A DNA stretch of 64,000 nucleotides from an uncultured Hoeflea sp. (lineage in GTDB: Bacteria; Pseudomonadota; Alphaproteobacteria; Rhizobiales; Rhizobiaceae). The notes beneath the pieces were generated by a model. It saw nothing but the letters and a program-made list of their open reading frames with translations. It did not search any database and was not told where the DNA came from. The position numbers were made by a program, and so were the translations under genes. The stretch is from the NCBI RefSeq assembly GCF_963975635.1, contig NZ_CAXBIE010000014.1; one strand, written 5' to 3'. Positions 21,025 through 31,721 of this stretch are shown one piece after another (the stretch's first letter is position 1; every line of letters begins with the position of its first letter).

Positions 21025-23580
21025 TCAACTCCGCATTTTCTCGCCCGTCGGATCGAACGGTGCTTCCAGTGCGATGCGGGCAGGGCGGCGGATGCCCATG
21101 ATTTCGATCTCGAACAGACCCGCATCGCCATTGGCCGCGAGTGCCGCAGGGATGTAGCCCTGGGCCATCGAGGAGCCGATTGTGTGGGCATAGCCGCCTG
21201 ACGTGATCCAGCCGACAACGCGCCAGTCGCCGTCGCGCAGGGTGCCGCCTTCGGGCTTTTCGATCTCGGTTCCATCGCCATTAAAGCGCGGCGCGCCATA
21301 GCCGTGTGGCGCTTCCACCGTGCCGTAGTCGGTATCGCCGACCTTCGCCCAGACCGGCTCGTCGCCCATCACGTCGGCATCGAGCGCATCGACGAGGAAC
21401 GATGTGCGCATCAATTTCGGACCGTCGGCATGCTCCCTGACCGCAGCCTCGCGGCCGATAAAGTCATTCTTCGAGAGCTTGATGAAGCGCTCCATGCCGC
21501 CCTCAAAGGGGCCGTAGATCGGCCGCAGTTCGCGGAACCAGGTCGGAAAATTCTTCTCCAGCCGCATCGACAGCAGTGCCCGCATGCCGAAATCGGCAAT
21601 GCCGAATTCTTCGCCGGCCGCCTTGATGGCGCGGTAGACGGCCAGCTCATAGGCCGGTTCCATCCAGATCTCGTAGCCGAGATCACCGGTATAGGTGACA
21701 CGGTTGACCATGCAGGGGGCGCCGCCGACATCCATCTGGCGGAAATCCATGAAGCGGAAGGCCGCATTGGAGACATCGTCATCGGTCAATTTTGCCAGCA
21801 GGTCGCGGGCGCGGGGGCCGGCGATCGACAGTCCCACCAGGCTCAGGTCATAGCGGTGGATGCGGAACGGGCTGTCAGCAGGCAGATGCTTTTCGAACCA
21901 GCGCATGTGGTAGCGCTGCGCGGCGGACGAGCCCCAGACCATGAAGTCCTCGTCGGCCACCTTGGCGATAGTGAAATCGCCGATCAGCTTGCCGAATTCG
22001 TTGAGCATCGGGGTGAGTATGATGCGGCCGGTTTTCGGCATTGTGTTGGTCATCAGATGCGACAGCCAGGCTTCCGCACCCTGACCGCTGACCCGGTATT
22101 TGGCGAAGTTGGCGATTTCGGTAACGCCGACTCGTTCGCGCACGGCGCGAACCTCGTTGCCGATGTGCTCGAAATCGTTGGACCGGTGGAAGGACAGCAC
22201 GTCATGGGCGTCTTGCCCGGACGGCGCGAACCAGAGCGGCGTCTCCAGCCCCCAGCTGTTGCCCATGACCGCGTGGTTGTCGCGGGTCATGACGTCATAG
22301 AGCGGGGTGGTCTGCTGCGGACGCGCGGCGGGCAGCTCCTCGTTCGGGAACGATATCGAGAAGCGCCGCGAATAGTTCTCACGCACCTTGGCATTGGTGT
22401 AGCGCAGGGTTGCCCATTCGCCGTAGCGCGAGACATCCATGCCCCAGATATCGGCGCCGGGGTCGCCATTGACCATCCAGTTCGACAAGGCCAGACCGAC
22501 CCCGCCGCCCTGGGAAAACCCTGCCATGACGGCGCAGGCGGTCCAGTAATTGGTCAGTCCGGGCACCGGACCCACCAGCGGATTGCCATCGGGTGCGAAG
22601 GTGAAAGGGCCGTTGATGATCTGCTTGATGCCGGCGTTTTCCAGCGCCGGGAAATGCCGGAACCCGACTTCCAGTGACGGTGCGATGCGGTCGAGGTCGG
22701 GGGCCAGAAGTTCATGGCCGAAATCCCAGGGCGTGTTGACCGGCGACCAGGGCTTGCAGGCCTTCTCGTAGGTGCCAAGCAGAATGCCGGAGCGTTCCTG
22801 GCGTGTGTAGATCTCGCCCTTGAAGTCAATGACGCCAACCAGTTCGCGTCCGGTCTTGGCGTTGAATTCTAGGACCTCCGGCATTTCGTCGGTCAGCAGA
22901 TACATGTGCTCCATGGCCAGAAGCGGCAGTTCGAGGCCGACCATGCGGCCGACTTCACGTGCCCACAGCCCGCCGGCATTGACCACGTGATCGGCCTTGA
23001 CCGTGCCCTGTTCGGTGACGACGTTCCAGGTGCCGTCCGCCTCCTGGGTCAGTTCGAGCACGCGATTGCGCAGCACGATTTCAGCACCAAGCTTCTGCGC
23101 GGCCTTGGCATAGGCGTGGGTGGTGCCGGAGGGATCCAGATGGCCCTCGACCGGGTCCCACAAAGCGCCAACGAAATTGCTTTCGTCCATCAGCGGAAAC
23201 ATGGCTTTGGCTTCGGACGGGGTGATCAACTCGGTTTCCATGCCGAGATAACGGCCCTTGGCATGGACCAGCCGCAGAAAATCCATGCGCTCGGGGCTGT
23301 CGGCCATCATCACGCCGCCGGTCAGATGCAGGCCGCAGGACTGGCCGGAAAGCTTTTCGAGTTCGTCGTAGAGGCTGACGGTGTAGGCCTGAAGTTTTGC
23401 GACGTTGGGATCGCCGTTGAGCGTGTGAAATCCGCCGGCCGCATGCCAGGACGACCCGGATGTGAGCTCCGACCGTTCGATCAGCATGACATCTGTCCAG
23501 CCGGCCTTTGCCAGATGGTAGAGCACCGAACACCCGACAACGCCGCCACCGATTACGACTGCTCTTGCATGCGATTTCAT
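21025..23580 (-). CDS. GcvT-family FAD-dependent oxidoreductase (dimethylglycine/sarcosine dehydrogenase-like)
   Basis: GGGVVG FAD motif, SGSSWHAAG, NGPFTFAPDG, GcvT domain with YTGDLGYEI. Confidence 0.92.
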   Translation of the reverse strand: MKSHARAVVIGGGVVGCSVLYHLAKAGWTDVMLIERSELTSGSSWHAAGGFHTLNGDPNVAKLQAYTVSLYDELEKLSGQSCGLHLTGGVMMADSPERMDFLRLVHAKGRYLGMETELITPSEAKAMFPLMDESNFVGALWDPVEGHLDPSGTTHAYAKAAQKLGAEIVLRNRVLELTQEADGTWNVVTEQGTVKADHVVNAGGLWAREVGRMVGLELPLLAMEHMYLLTDEMPEVLEFNAKTGRELVGVIDFKGEIYTRQERSGILLGTYEKACKPWSPVNTPWDFGHELLAPDLDRIAPSLEVGFRHFPALENAGIKQIINGPFTFAPDGNPLVGPVPGLTNYWTACAVMAGFSQGGGVGLALSNWMVNGDPGADIWGMDVSRYGEWATLRYTNAKVRENYSRRFSISFPNEELPAARPQQTTPLYDVMTRDNHAVMGNSWGLETPLWFAPSGQDAHDVLSFHRSNDFEHIGNEVRAVRERVGVTEIANFAKYRVSGQGAEAWLSHLMTNTMPKTGRIILTPMLNEFGKLIGDFTIAKVADEDFMVWGSSAAQRYHMRWFEKHLPADSPFRIHRYDLSLVGLSIAGPRARDLLAKLTDDDVSNAAFRFMDFRQMDVGGAPCMVNRVTYTGDLGYEIWMEPAYELAVYRAIKAAGEEFGIADFGMRALLSMRLEKNFPTWFRELRPIYGPFEGGMERFIKLSKNDFIGREAAVREHADGPKLMRTSFLVDALDADVMGDEPVWAKVGDTDYGTVEAPHGYGAPRFNGDGTEIEKPEGGTLRDGDWRVVGWITSGGYAHTIGSSMAQGYIPAALAANGDAGLFEIEIMGIRRPARIALEAPFDPTGEKMRS

Positions 23581-23767
23581 AGATAGTCCCCGTGTTCAAA
23601 TTTGCCGGCAGATTGCGAGATCGGCACCCGGCGCACAAGGGGTAAACGCGACATGCTCACACAAAGAAAATCCGGCCGCTGACGCCGGCGTCGCTTGTTA
23701 TCCCCAGGAGCGCATTCCACATACAGCGCAGCGGAAAATCTGTTCTGTCAGTTCAACGGAGTGATCA

Positions 23768-24274
23768 ATGTCAATTTCCATGTATTCGATGACGGTGCCT
23801 TATTATGCATCCATGCTCGGCAATTTGAGCCATGTGCTTGCAAAGGCCGAGGCCTGGGCGGCAGAGCGGAAGATCGATCCGTCCGTGCTGCTCAACGACC
23901 GGCTGGCGCCGGACATGCTGTCGCTCAGGTGGCAGGTGATGCTGGTCACCGATCATGCCAAGGGCGCGATCGCCCGGCTCGGCGGCGTCGATGTACCGTC
24001 CTTTCCCGATGTCGAGGAGACCTTCGCCGAACTGCATGCCCGAATCGCCAGGACCCGTGAATTCATCGAGAGCGTGCCGGAGGCGAATTTTGCTGGCGCC
24101 GAGGACAGGACGATCACCCTGAAGATCGGCGGCCAGGATATGAGTTTCCCCGGCCTGCGCTACTTCCAGGGCTTCTCGGTGCCCAACTTCTATTTCCATA
24201 TGACGGCTGTCTACGCGATCCTGCGCCACAATGGCGTGCCGCTGGGCAAGGGCGATTTCTTCGGCCGCGGTTAA
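23768..24274 (+). CDS. DUF1993 family protein
   Basis: RLAPDM, PNFYFHMTAVYAILRHNGVPLGKGDF. Confidence 0.9.
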   Translation: MSISMYSMTVPYYASMLGNLSHVLAKAEAWAAERKIDPSVLLNDRLAPDMLSLRWQVMLVTDHAKGAIARLGGVDVPSFPDVEETFAELHARIARTREFIESVPEANFAGAEDRTITLKIGGQDMSFPGLRYFQGFSVPNFYFHMTAVYAILRHNGVPLGKGDFFGRG

Positions 24275-24345
24275 CATAGAGAGGGGACAAACCAGCCGGG
24301 TGTTCTATATAAGGAATTGATGTGGTTAGCTGAGGATATTAAATA

Positions 24346-26337
24346 TTGGCTGCAATGTTCAGTAACCGTTCATTGCAGCTTGCTAGATTGATGAGGATGA
24401 TGACACACGCCCAGGGCATACTCTCTCCGGCGCGCGGCTCCTTGTGGCTGCGAACCCTTTCGGCTGCCCTGTGTATGAGTAGCGCCGCCTGCCTTGTCCC
24501 TGACAGGGCGGATGCCTTCGAGATTTTCGGCAAGAAGTTTTTTGAAAGCGAGAGCGTCGATGACGTGGCTGTTGTCGATCCGCTTTCCTATTCTGTGACC
24601 CTCGAAGTTACTGGCGATGATCCCGACGGCGAACTGCGTTCCAAGCTGGAAACGGCATCCCAGCTTGTGCGGGAAGCTGAACGTCCGGTGTCGGGCTCCA
24701 TCGGTCTGATCCAGCGTGCCAATGGTGACTTTGAACAGTTGATCGCGGCACTGTACGAGAACGCCCGCTATGCCGGCGAAGTTCGCATTCTGCTCGATGG
24801 CAGACGTCTGGCGGACCTGCCGCCCGATGCCAATCTCGAGGGCTCGGGGCCGGTTCCGGTTCGCATCGTTGTCGACCCCGGCAAGCAGTTCCGCTTCGGT
24901 GATGTTACGATTCGCGATGTTGACGGGCGAGCTTACGCGGCTGATGAACAGGGTTTAGCGCCCGACCAGCTTGCAAAATCAACCGTCATTCTCGATGCCG
25001 AGAAGGCGCTGGTTCGGGAACTCGAAAAAAGCGGACATCCGTTCGCGGAGGTTTCCGGACGGGATATCGTTGCAGATCATGCCCGCGGCGTTCTCGATGT
25101 GTCGCTGACGCTTGAAGCCGGGCCGATTGCGCCGTTTGGCCAGACCGCGGTTGATGGCTCCGAAAGCGTTAATTCGGACTTCATCGCCAGGATGGCCGGC
25201 ATCAAGCAGGGTGAACAGTATGATCCTGCCGAGCTGGCGGCGGCGGAAAAGCGCCTGCGGGCGCTTGAGGTGTTTTCCAGCGTTACCGTTCGCGGCAGCG
25301 AAAGCCTGTCAGCGGACGGTTCGGTTCCGGTTCAGGTCACCGTCGCCGAGCGGAAACACCGCTATCTCGGGGCGGGTGCCACTTATTCCTCCACCGATGG
25401 CGGCGGGCTGGAAGCCTATTGGGGCCACCGCAATCTGTTCGGGCAGGCGGAGAAACTCCGGATAGAAGGTTCGGTCAGCAGCCTGGGAACAACGGCCCAG
25501 GCAAAAGACCTGACCTGGCGGGGCGCCGCGCTGTTCGAAAAGCCCGGGGTTCTTGGTCCGGCTTCGAAATTCACATCCAAGCTCGAAGTCGAGCAGGAAA
25601 ATCCCGATGCCTATCGGCGGTTTTCGGTCCAGGCGTCTGCGGGCGTCTCCTATGAACTGACGCCCGAGCAAACCATCTCAGCCGGTCTCGATGTCGAATA
25701 TGCAAAGCTGACCGACAGCTTCAATGTCGATCTGGAAACGATCACGGTGGCGGTTCCGCTCGAATATGTGCGCGATACCCGTGACAGCAAGCTCAATCCG
25801 ACAACCGGCACGCGTCTGGCGCTTCTGGTCGAGCCGACCTACGAGATCAATGCCGGTGCCACCTTTGTCAAATTGCGGGCTGAAGCATCGGCCTACCGGG
25901 CACTGGATGCGGAGAAGCGGTTTGTGCTTGCCGGACGGGTTGCCGCGGGCTCCATTTACGGCGCCAATCTGGCCTCGGTGCCTGCCAACCGCCGTTTCTA
26001 TTCGGGTGGCGGAGGCTCGGTGCGTGGTTATGGATATCAGGATATCGGTCCGGTCAGTGCGGCAGGCATACCGACAGGTGGCCTCTCCATGCTGGAGACC
26101 TCTGCGGAGTTGCGGATCGGTATCACAGACACGATCGGCATCGTTCCCTTCATTGATGCTGGTCTGGTCAGCCCGAACCAGAGTTTTTCCGGCAGCGACT
26201 TCAAGGTCGGCGCCGGCGTTGGTCTGCGATATGCCACGCCGTTCGGTCCGCTGCGCATAGATGTGGCGGTACCGCTGAACAAGGGGCCGCTTGATCCCGA
26301 CTACGGCATTTATGCCGGAATAGGGCAGGCCTTCTGA
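24346..26337 (+). CDS. tamA: translocation and assembly module outer-membrane subunit (Omp85 family); start uncertain
   Basis: POTRA-like region, RFYSGGGGSVRGY, YATPFGPLRIDVAVP, terminal GQAF. Confidence 0.92.
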   Translation: MAAMFSNRSLQLARLMRMMTHAQGILSPARGSLWLRTLSAALCMSSAACLVPDRADAFEIFGKKFFESESVDDVAVVDPLSYSVTLEVTGDDPDGELRSKLETASQLVREAERPVSGSIGLIQRANGDFEQLIAALYENARYAGEVRILLDGRRLADLPPDANLEGSGPVPVRIVVDPGKQFRFGDVTIRDVDGRAYAADEQGLAPDQLAKSTVILDAEKALVRELEKSGHPFAEVSGRDIVADHARGVLDVSLTLEAGPIAPFGQTAVDGSESVNSDFIARMAGIKQGEQYDPAELAAAEKRLRALEVFSSVTVRGSESLSADGSVPVQVTVAERKHRYLGAGATYSSTDGGGLEAYWGHRNLFGQAEKLRIEGSVSSLGTTAQAKDLTWRGAALFEKPGVLGPASKFTSKLEVEQENPDAYRRFSVQASAGVSYELTPEQTISAGLDVEYAKLTDSFNVDLETITVAVPLEYVRDTRDSKLNPTTGTRLALLVEPTYEINAGATFVKLRAEASAYRALDAEKRFVLAGRVAAGSIYGANLASVPANRRFYSGGGGSVRGYGYQDIGPVSAAGIPTGGLSMLETSAELRIGITDTIGIVPFIDAGLVSPNQSFSGSDFKVGAGVGLRYATPFGPLRIDVAVPLNKGPLDPDYGIYAGIGQAF

Positions 26338-26338
26338 C

Positions 26339-29300
26339 ATGACCGAGGCGAAAAGATCCAAGTCCCGTCCGGGTTTGACCTGGCGCGTGGCGCGTTGGCT
26401 TGCCATCGCGTTGCTGGCCGTATTGGCGCTTGTGGTGCTGGTTTTCACCACGACGCCGGGCGGATGGCTGATCGCGCTGACCTTGAACCGTCTCGGCTCG
26501 AGCCCGGAGCAAAGTGTCGAGATCGACAGGATCGACGGCTTGCTGTCGGGATCCACGCGCATCGGGCATGTGTTGCTCAGTGACGCCAAGGGTGAACCCT
26601 GGCTGCTGTTGAAAGGTATCCAGATTGACTGGTCGCCGCTGGCGCTCTTGAGTGCGGGGCTGGCAATTGATGACCTGACGATTGATGCGGTGGAACTGGC
26701 ACGGCTGCCGGAAAGCTCCGGGAGCCAATCGGAAGGCGGCACGTTCGTGCTGCCGCTGGCATTTGACATCAAGCGGATTTCCATCCCCGATATCCTGTTG
26801 GGCGAGCCGGTCGCCGGCCGTCTTGCACGTTTTGAAGCCAGAGGAAGCGCGCGCGTCGATGCGTCGATGTCCACGGCGCTGGCCGACCTGGTGGTCAAGC
26901 GCATCGACGGCGTTGGCGGTGAACTGACGGTTGATGCGGATTACCTGGAAGCCGAAGACCGGTTCAATATTTCGGCGAAACTGTCCGAGCCCGCCGGCGG
27001 GGTGATGGCGCATCTGCTCAACCTTGCGCCCGACAACGCGATAAGCCTGTCTGCGACCTCGCAGGGCTCGCTGGCAGACTGGCGGCTGAATGCGGCCGGT
27101 ACGGTCAATGGCGAGATCGTGGCGGAAGCCAATTTGCAGATGGTTGCAGGTGAGGCAGGTGATGCTATTTCGCTTCAGGCCAATGGGTCTTTCGACCGGT
27201 TCCTGCCTCCATCCGTGGCGCAGATTCTGTCGGGGCGCAGCGAGCTTGTCCTGGAAGGTCTGATAGAGCCGGAGCAAGCCGGAGCGGTGATCGATGTCTT
27301 CACCTTTTCGTCGTCGCGGCTGACGGCTCGGGGCCGCGGCCGCGTGGCGCGCGAGGGCGATGTTGATCTGACGGCTTCGATAGCGCCGCAGCCCGGGGCC
27401 GCAGCGCTCGAATTCGGCGCGGATGCATCGCGCATCGTGACGACCGTCCCCACAGCCGATATCCGGGTGACCGGCAATGCAGAGGAGGCAGCGGTCAGGC
27501 TGGAATTCGCCACAGACCGGGTTTCGGGAGCGGACTTCAGCGCCGATGCACTTTCCGCGGTCGTGGATTTTGACCGGTTTGCCCTGGCAACGCGCAGCGG
27601 CACCGGCACCGTCAACATCAAGATCGACGCGGTCGGCTCGAGCAATGATATTGTTGCCCGCGCGGTTGCCGGTGGCGTGGCTTTGACCGGCGCCATTGCC
27701 GTTGATCAGGGCCAGACCGTGACCAGTGACAACCTGACGCTTGAAACAGGCGTTGCATCCCTCACGGCCGGAGCTCTTACTGTCAACGCCGTCGGCGAGC
27801 TGGATGCCAGCCTGAGCGGCAGGATCCGCACTCTGGTGCTGTCCGATCAGGCAGCCGGCATGCTGGGGCCGGAAACCAGTTTTACGGCCGACATTACACG
27901 CGACGACGCCGGCGCGGTAACGGTGCGGGACTTTGACATTGCCGCCGAATTTGCCAAGGCATCCGGCGGTGTGGCGCTAAGTGCGGATGGCGGTATTGAG
28001 GGTGATGTTGCGGCTGAAGTGTCAAGGCTTGCGGAAACAGACGAGGCTGTTTCAGGCGGGTTGAAACTCTCTGCAAATGTCTCCGGGAAGGTGTCCGCAC
28101 CGGCTTTCGAGGCAAGATTGACCGGAAACCAGCTCAAGCTGCAGGGCCGTGATCTCTCCGATCTGGTGCTTGACGCCAAGGGTGTGGCCGATGCCACATC
28201 ACCGCAGGCGGATGTAACGCTGACCGGCACGCTGGAAGGACGCCCTGTCAATGGCAGCGTGGTGGTGTCGCAGGCGGATGGTGCTGTGCGGATCAATCCA
28301 TTGCGGCTTCAGGTCGCCGACAATCTGATTTCCGGCAGCCTGGTGCTGGATGAGGCCTACCGGCCAAAGGGGCAAATCGATCTTGATCTCAAAGACATCG
28401 GCTCGCTGTCCGCGCTGGCCTTGCAAAGCATCAACGGCAGCGGCGGCGGCACGATAAAGTTTGACGTGCAAAATGGCGTGTCGGTTGCCGACATCCAGCT
28501 GGGAATTCCAGAGCTTTCCGGCGATGGCTTTGACGTGCGGGATGCGCGGTTGACCGGCAGCATTGATGATGTGTTGGGAACACCGCGGCCAACCGGCACG
28601 CTGGATGTGACCAAGGTGAGTGCGAGCGGAACCGATATTTCCGATCTGGCGGCAAGCTTTTCCCAGTCCGATGGCTGGACGGTTGTTGAAGGCAAGGCGC
28701 AGGCTGCGGGAATGCCGGTTGCGCTGAAGGCGCGTGTGCGCCCGGGTGAGGCGGCCACTGAACTGGAAATCGAGACGGCGCGAACGACTTGGAAGGGGCT
28801 TGGCATCAGCCTGAGCGAACCGGCCCGTGTGGTGGTCCGTGACGGAACTGCAGAAATCGAGCGGCTGGTGCTGTCGCCCGGTGGCGGGCAGGTGTCGATT
28901 ACCGGATCGGCGGGGCAGGAGCTGGCCGTCGACATCGCCATTACCGGCTTGCCCTTGACGTCGGTCAACGCCGTGGCCCCGGGCGCCGGCCTGTCGGGAT
29001 CACTCTCCGGCACTGTCAAAATTCGAGGCTCATCATCAGCACCGGTGGTTCAATATGATCTCAATGCAGGCGATGTCCGGGCCGCCGCGGCGTCCTCGGT
29101 GGCCGATGTGCCCTTGTCGATTGGTGCAACCGGCGGGTTCGAAGCGGGCCGGCTGCGGTTTGATGCGCGGGGCGATGGCGGCGGGCTGGCATTCAGCGCA
29201 TCCGGAGGGCTGGACACCACCGGGGCGCAGGCCATATCGGCGCGGATCAACGGCAGTATTCCATTCTCGCTTCTGTCGGGAGCAATTGCCAAACAGGGAT

Positions 29301-30529
29301 TGGCACTGACCGGTGCAGCGCAGGCCGATATCTCCATTGACGGCAGCATCGGGGCGCCGCAAATCTCCGGCACCATCACGACATCGGGCAGCCGTCTGGT
29401 TGATGGCCGGTCCGGTATCGCAATCGACAACCTCTCGGCTGAGATCGGCCTTGCGCCCAATCAGGCGATCATTCGATCCTTGTCGGGCGAGTTGTCCGCG
29501 GGCGGCCAGATCAGCGGCTCGGGAACCGTGGGTCTTGACGCAGGCTCCAATTATCCCGCCGATCTCAAGCTCAAGGTAACGCGCGGACGCTATGCGGACG
29601 GCCAGATGGTTGCGACGCGCTTTGATGCCGATCTCACCCTGTCCGGGCCTTTGACCGCGCTGCCGCAGCTTGGCGGCAGCGTGTTGCTGGACGAGACCAC
29701 CATCACCGTGCCTGATACGCTTCCAAGCTCGATCGCCCAGCTTGATGTGACGCACAAGAACGCGCCGGCAGACATACAGTCGCAAGCCGAGCGTTTGTCC
29801 GGTGGCGGCAGCGGCGGCTCGTCCGGAGGCATAGGCCTTGATGTCCGGGTTCAGGCGAGCCGGATATTTGTGCGCGGCAGAGGCATGGATGTGGAATTGG
29901 GCGGCTCGCTGCGGCTGACCGGGAGCACCGCTGCGCCGGTCGCCGCCGGCGGGTTCGAGCTGGTGCGCGGCCGGTTGAGCGTGCTTGGAAAGCGGCTTGA
30001 TTTTACCAGAGGCAGGCTGAATTTTGCCGGTTCCGTGGTTCCGATCCTCGATCTGGCAGCCTCAAGCCAATCGGGCAGCACCACGGTGACGGTGCTGATC
30101 AGAGGTCCGGCGAACGAGCCGGAATTCAGTTTTACCTCGAGCCCGGATTTGCCCGAGGATGAAGTCTTGGCGCAACTGGTGTTCGGCCGCTCGATGAGCA
30201 GCCTTTCGCCGTTGCAGATCGCCCAGCTTGCCGAAGCCGCCGGCCAGTTGACCGGTGCGGTCAAGGGTGGCGGGCTGGTCGAACAATTGCGTCGTGCGAC
30301 CGGTGTCGATGACATCGATGTGCGCACGGACGAAGAAACCGGGGACACTTCGCTGGGTGTCGGTAAATACCTCAACGACCGGACCTATCTCGGCATCGAG
30401 AGTGGATCGTCTGCCGGTTCGGGCAAGGCGCGCATCGATCTTGATATCGGTAGAGGCATCAAATTGCGCGGTGAAGCCAGCTCGGACGGCGAGACCAAGG
30501 GCGGCATCTTCTACGAGCGCGAGTATTAG
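26339..30529 (+). CDS. tamB: translocation and assembly module inner-membrane subunit
   Basis: N-terminal TM, beta-rich body, DUF490-like C-terminus (VGKYLNDRTYL...GGIFYEREY); directly after tamA. Confidence 0.92.
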   Translation: MTEAKRSKSRPGLTWRVARWLAIALLAVLALVVLVFTTTPGGWLIALTLNRLGSSPEQSVEIDRIDGLLSGSTRIGHVLLSDAKGEPWLLLKGIQIDWSPLALLSAGLAIDDLTIDAVELARLPESSGSQSEGGTFVLPLAFDIKRISIPDILLGEPVAGRLARFEARGSARVDASMSTALADLVVKRIDGVGGELTVDADYLEAEDRFNISAKLSEPAGGVMAHLLNLAPDNAISLSATSQGSLADWRLNAAGTVNGEIVAEANLQMVAGEAGDAISLQANGSFDRFLPPSVAQILSGRSELVLEGLIEPEQAGAVIDVFTFSSSRLTARGRGRVAREGDVDLTASIAPQPGAAALEFGADASRIVTTVPTADIRVTGNAEEAAVRLEFATDRVSGADFSADALSAVVDFDRFALATRSGTGTVNIKIDAVGSSNDIVARAVAGGVALTGAIAVDQGQTVTSDNLTLETGVASLTAGALTVNAVGELDASLSGRIRTLVLSDQAAGMLGPETSFTADITRDDAGAVTVRDFDIAAEFAKASGGVALSADGGIEGDVAAEVSRLAETDEAVSGGLKLSANVSGKVSAPAFEARLTGNQLKLQGRDLSDLVLDAKGVADATSPQADVTLTGTLEGRPVNGSVVVSQADGAVRINPLRLQVADNLISGSLVLDEAYRPKGQIDLDLKDIGSLSALALQSINGSGGGTIKFDVQNGVSVADIQLGIPELSGDGFDVRDARLTGSIDDVLGTPRPTGTLDVTKVSASGTDISDLAASFSQSDGWTVVEGKAQAAGMPVALKARVRPGEAATELEIETARTTWKGLGISLSEPARVVVRDGTAEIERLVLSPGGGQVSITGSAGQELAVDIAITGLPLTSVNAVAPGAGLSGSLSGTVKIRGSSSAPVVQYDLNAGDVRAAAASSVADVPLSIGATGGFEAGRLRFDARGDGGGLAFSASGGLDTTGAQAISARINGSIPFSLLSGAIAKQGLALTGAAQADISIDGSIGAPQISGTITTSGSRLVDGRSGIAIDNLSAEIGLAPNQAIIRSLSGELSAGGQISGSGTVGLDAGSNYPADLKLKVTRGRYADGQMVATRFDADLTLSGPLTALPQLGGSVLLDETTITVPDTLPSSIAQLDVTHKNAPADIQSQAERLSGGGSGGSSGGIGLDVRVQASRIFVRGRGMDVELGGSLRLTGSTAAPVAAGGFELVRGRLSVLGKRLDFTRGRLNFAGSVVPILDLAASSQSGSTTVTVLIRGPANEPEFSFTSSPDLPEDEVLAQLVFGRSMSSLSPLQIAQLAEAAGQLTGAVKGGGLVEQLRRATGVDDIDVRTDEETGDTSLGVGKYLNDRTYLGIESGSSAGSGKARIDLDIGRGIKLRGEASSDGETKGGIFYEREY

Positions 30530-30606
30530 GGCCGGGTTTGCGCCCTTCAATCACCATTAATTGACCTGCCTTGAGCCGCAGACCGGGGCCGGGACCTGTG
30601 TGGGCA

Positions 30607-30635
30607 ATTGAAAAACCGGCGGTGATGGCCCATCT
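30607..30635 (+). promoter_or_regulatory. possible RpoH (sigma32-type) promoter for msrB-msrA
   Basis: ATTGAAA-N14-GCCCATCT resembles CTTGAAA-N13/14-CCCCATNT. Confidence 0.45.
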
Positions 30636-30677
30636 CTTGTGCAAGACAAGACGAGCCGTCAAGCGAGGAGTTCCTGC

Positions 30678-31127
30678 ATGGCCAAAACCTTTTCCAAGAC
30701 TGATGACGCAATTGCAAAGCTGACGCCCGAACAGTTCCGGGTGACCCAGCAAAGCGGGACTGAACGTCCCTTTACAGGTGAGTACAACGACAACAAGGCC
30801 GCGGGCATCTATGTCGATATCGTCTCCGGAGAGCCGCTATTTGCCTCGTCAGACAAGTTCGACAGCGGTTGTGGATGGCCGAGCTTCACCAAGCCGATCG
30901 AGCCGGCACATGTGACCGAACTTCGCGACAGCACGCTCGGCATGGTGCGCACCGAGGTGCGCTCGCGCGATGGCGACAGTCATTTGGGGCACGTGTTTCC
31001 CGACGGGCCGAGCGACCGCGGCGGCTTGCGCTATTGCATCAATTCCGCATCATTGCGGTTCATTCCCAAAGCCGACATGATGGATGAAGGCTATGGTGAT
31101 TATCTTGACCAGGTGGAGGATATCTAG
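30678..31127 (+). CDS. msrB: peptide-methionine (R)-S-oxide reductase
   Basis: [31 protein letters not shown]; lacks both CxxC zinc motifs. Confidence 0.96.
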   Translation: MAKTFSKTDDAIAKLTPEQFRVTQQSGTERPFTGEYNDNKAAGIYVDIVSGEPLFASSDKFDSGCGWPSFTKPIEPAHVTELRDSTLGMVRTEVRSRDGDSHLGHVFPDGPSDRGGLRYCINSASLRFIPKADMMDEGYGDYLDQVEDI

Positions 31128-31634
31128 ATGAGCGAACGTGCAGTTCTGGCCGGTGGATGCTTCTGGGGCATGCAGGATCTGATCCGCAAGATGCCCGGCG
31201 TCGAAGACACGCGTGTGGGCTATACCGGCGGCGATGTGAAGAACGCGACCTACGGCAACCATGGCACCCATGCGGAAGGGATCGAGATCATCTTCGATCC
31301 GAACCGCATCAGCTATCGCGAATTGCTGGAATTCTTCTTCCAGATCCATGACCCCTCGACGCCCAACCAGCAGGGCAACGACCGCGGCATGTCCTACCGC
31401 TCGGCGATCTATTACACCGATGACCGGCAACGCGAGACGGCGCTCGACACCATTGCCGACGTCGACGCGTCCGGATTGTGGCCCGGCAAGGTGGTGACCG
31501 AAGTGGAGCCGGTGGGTGACTTCTGGGAAGCCGAGCCTGAGCACCAGGACTATCTGCAGCGGATCCCGCACGGCTATACCTGCCATTTCGCGCGGCCTGA
31601 CTGGGTCTTGCCAAAGCGCGATGCCGCCGAATAG
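31128..31634 (+). CDS. msrA: peptide-methionine (S)-S-oxide reductase
   Basis: [19 protein letters not shown]; abuts msrB stop. Confidence 0.96.
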   Translation: MSERAVLAGGCFWGMQDLIRKMPGVEDTRVGYTGGDVKNATYGNHGTHAEGIEIIFDPNRISYRELLEFFFQIHDPSTPNQQGNDRGMSYRSAIYYTDDRQRETALDTIADVDASGLWPGKVVTEVEPVGDFWEAEPEHQDYLQRIPHGYTCHFARPDWVLPKRDAAE

Positions 31635-31721
31635 GCGTAACCTCGCCGACCGTATACTGACACGCGACCGGCAATGGCCGGTCGCTTGCATTTGAGCCAA
31701 GTGTTTCGAAGGATGTGACCC

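Noticed and set aside
20732-21157. 141-aa ORF through the REP-like element
   Set aside because: Translates the palindromic repeat and overlaps the end of the GcvT-family gene.
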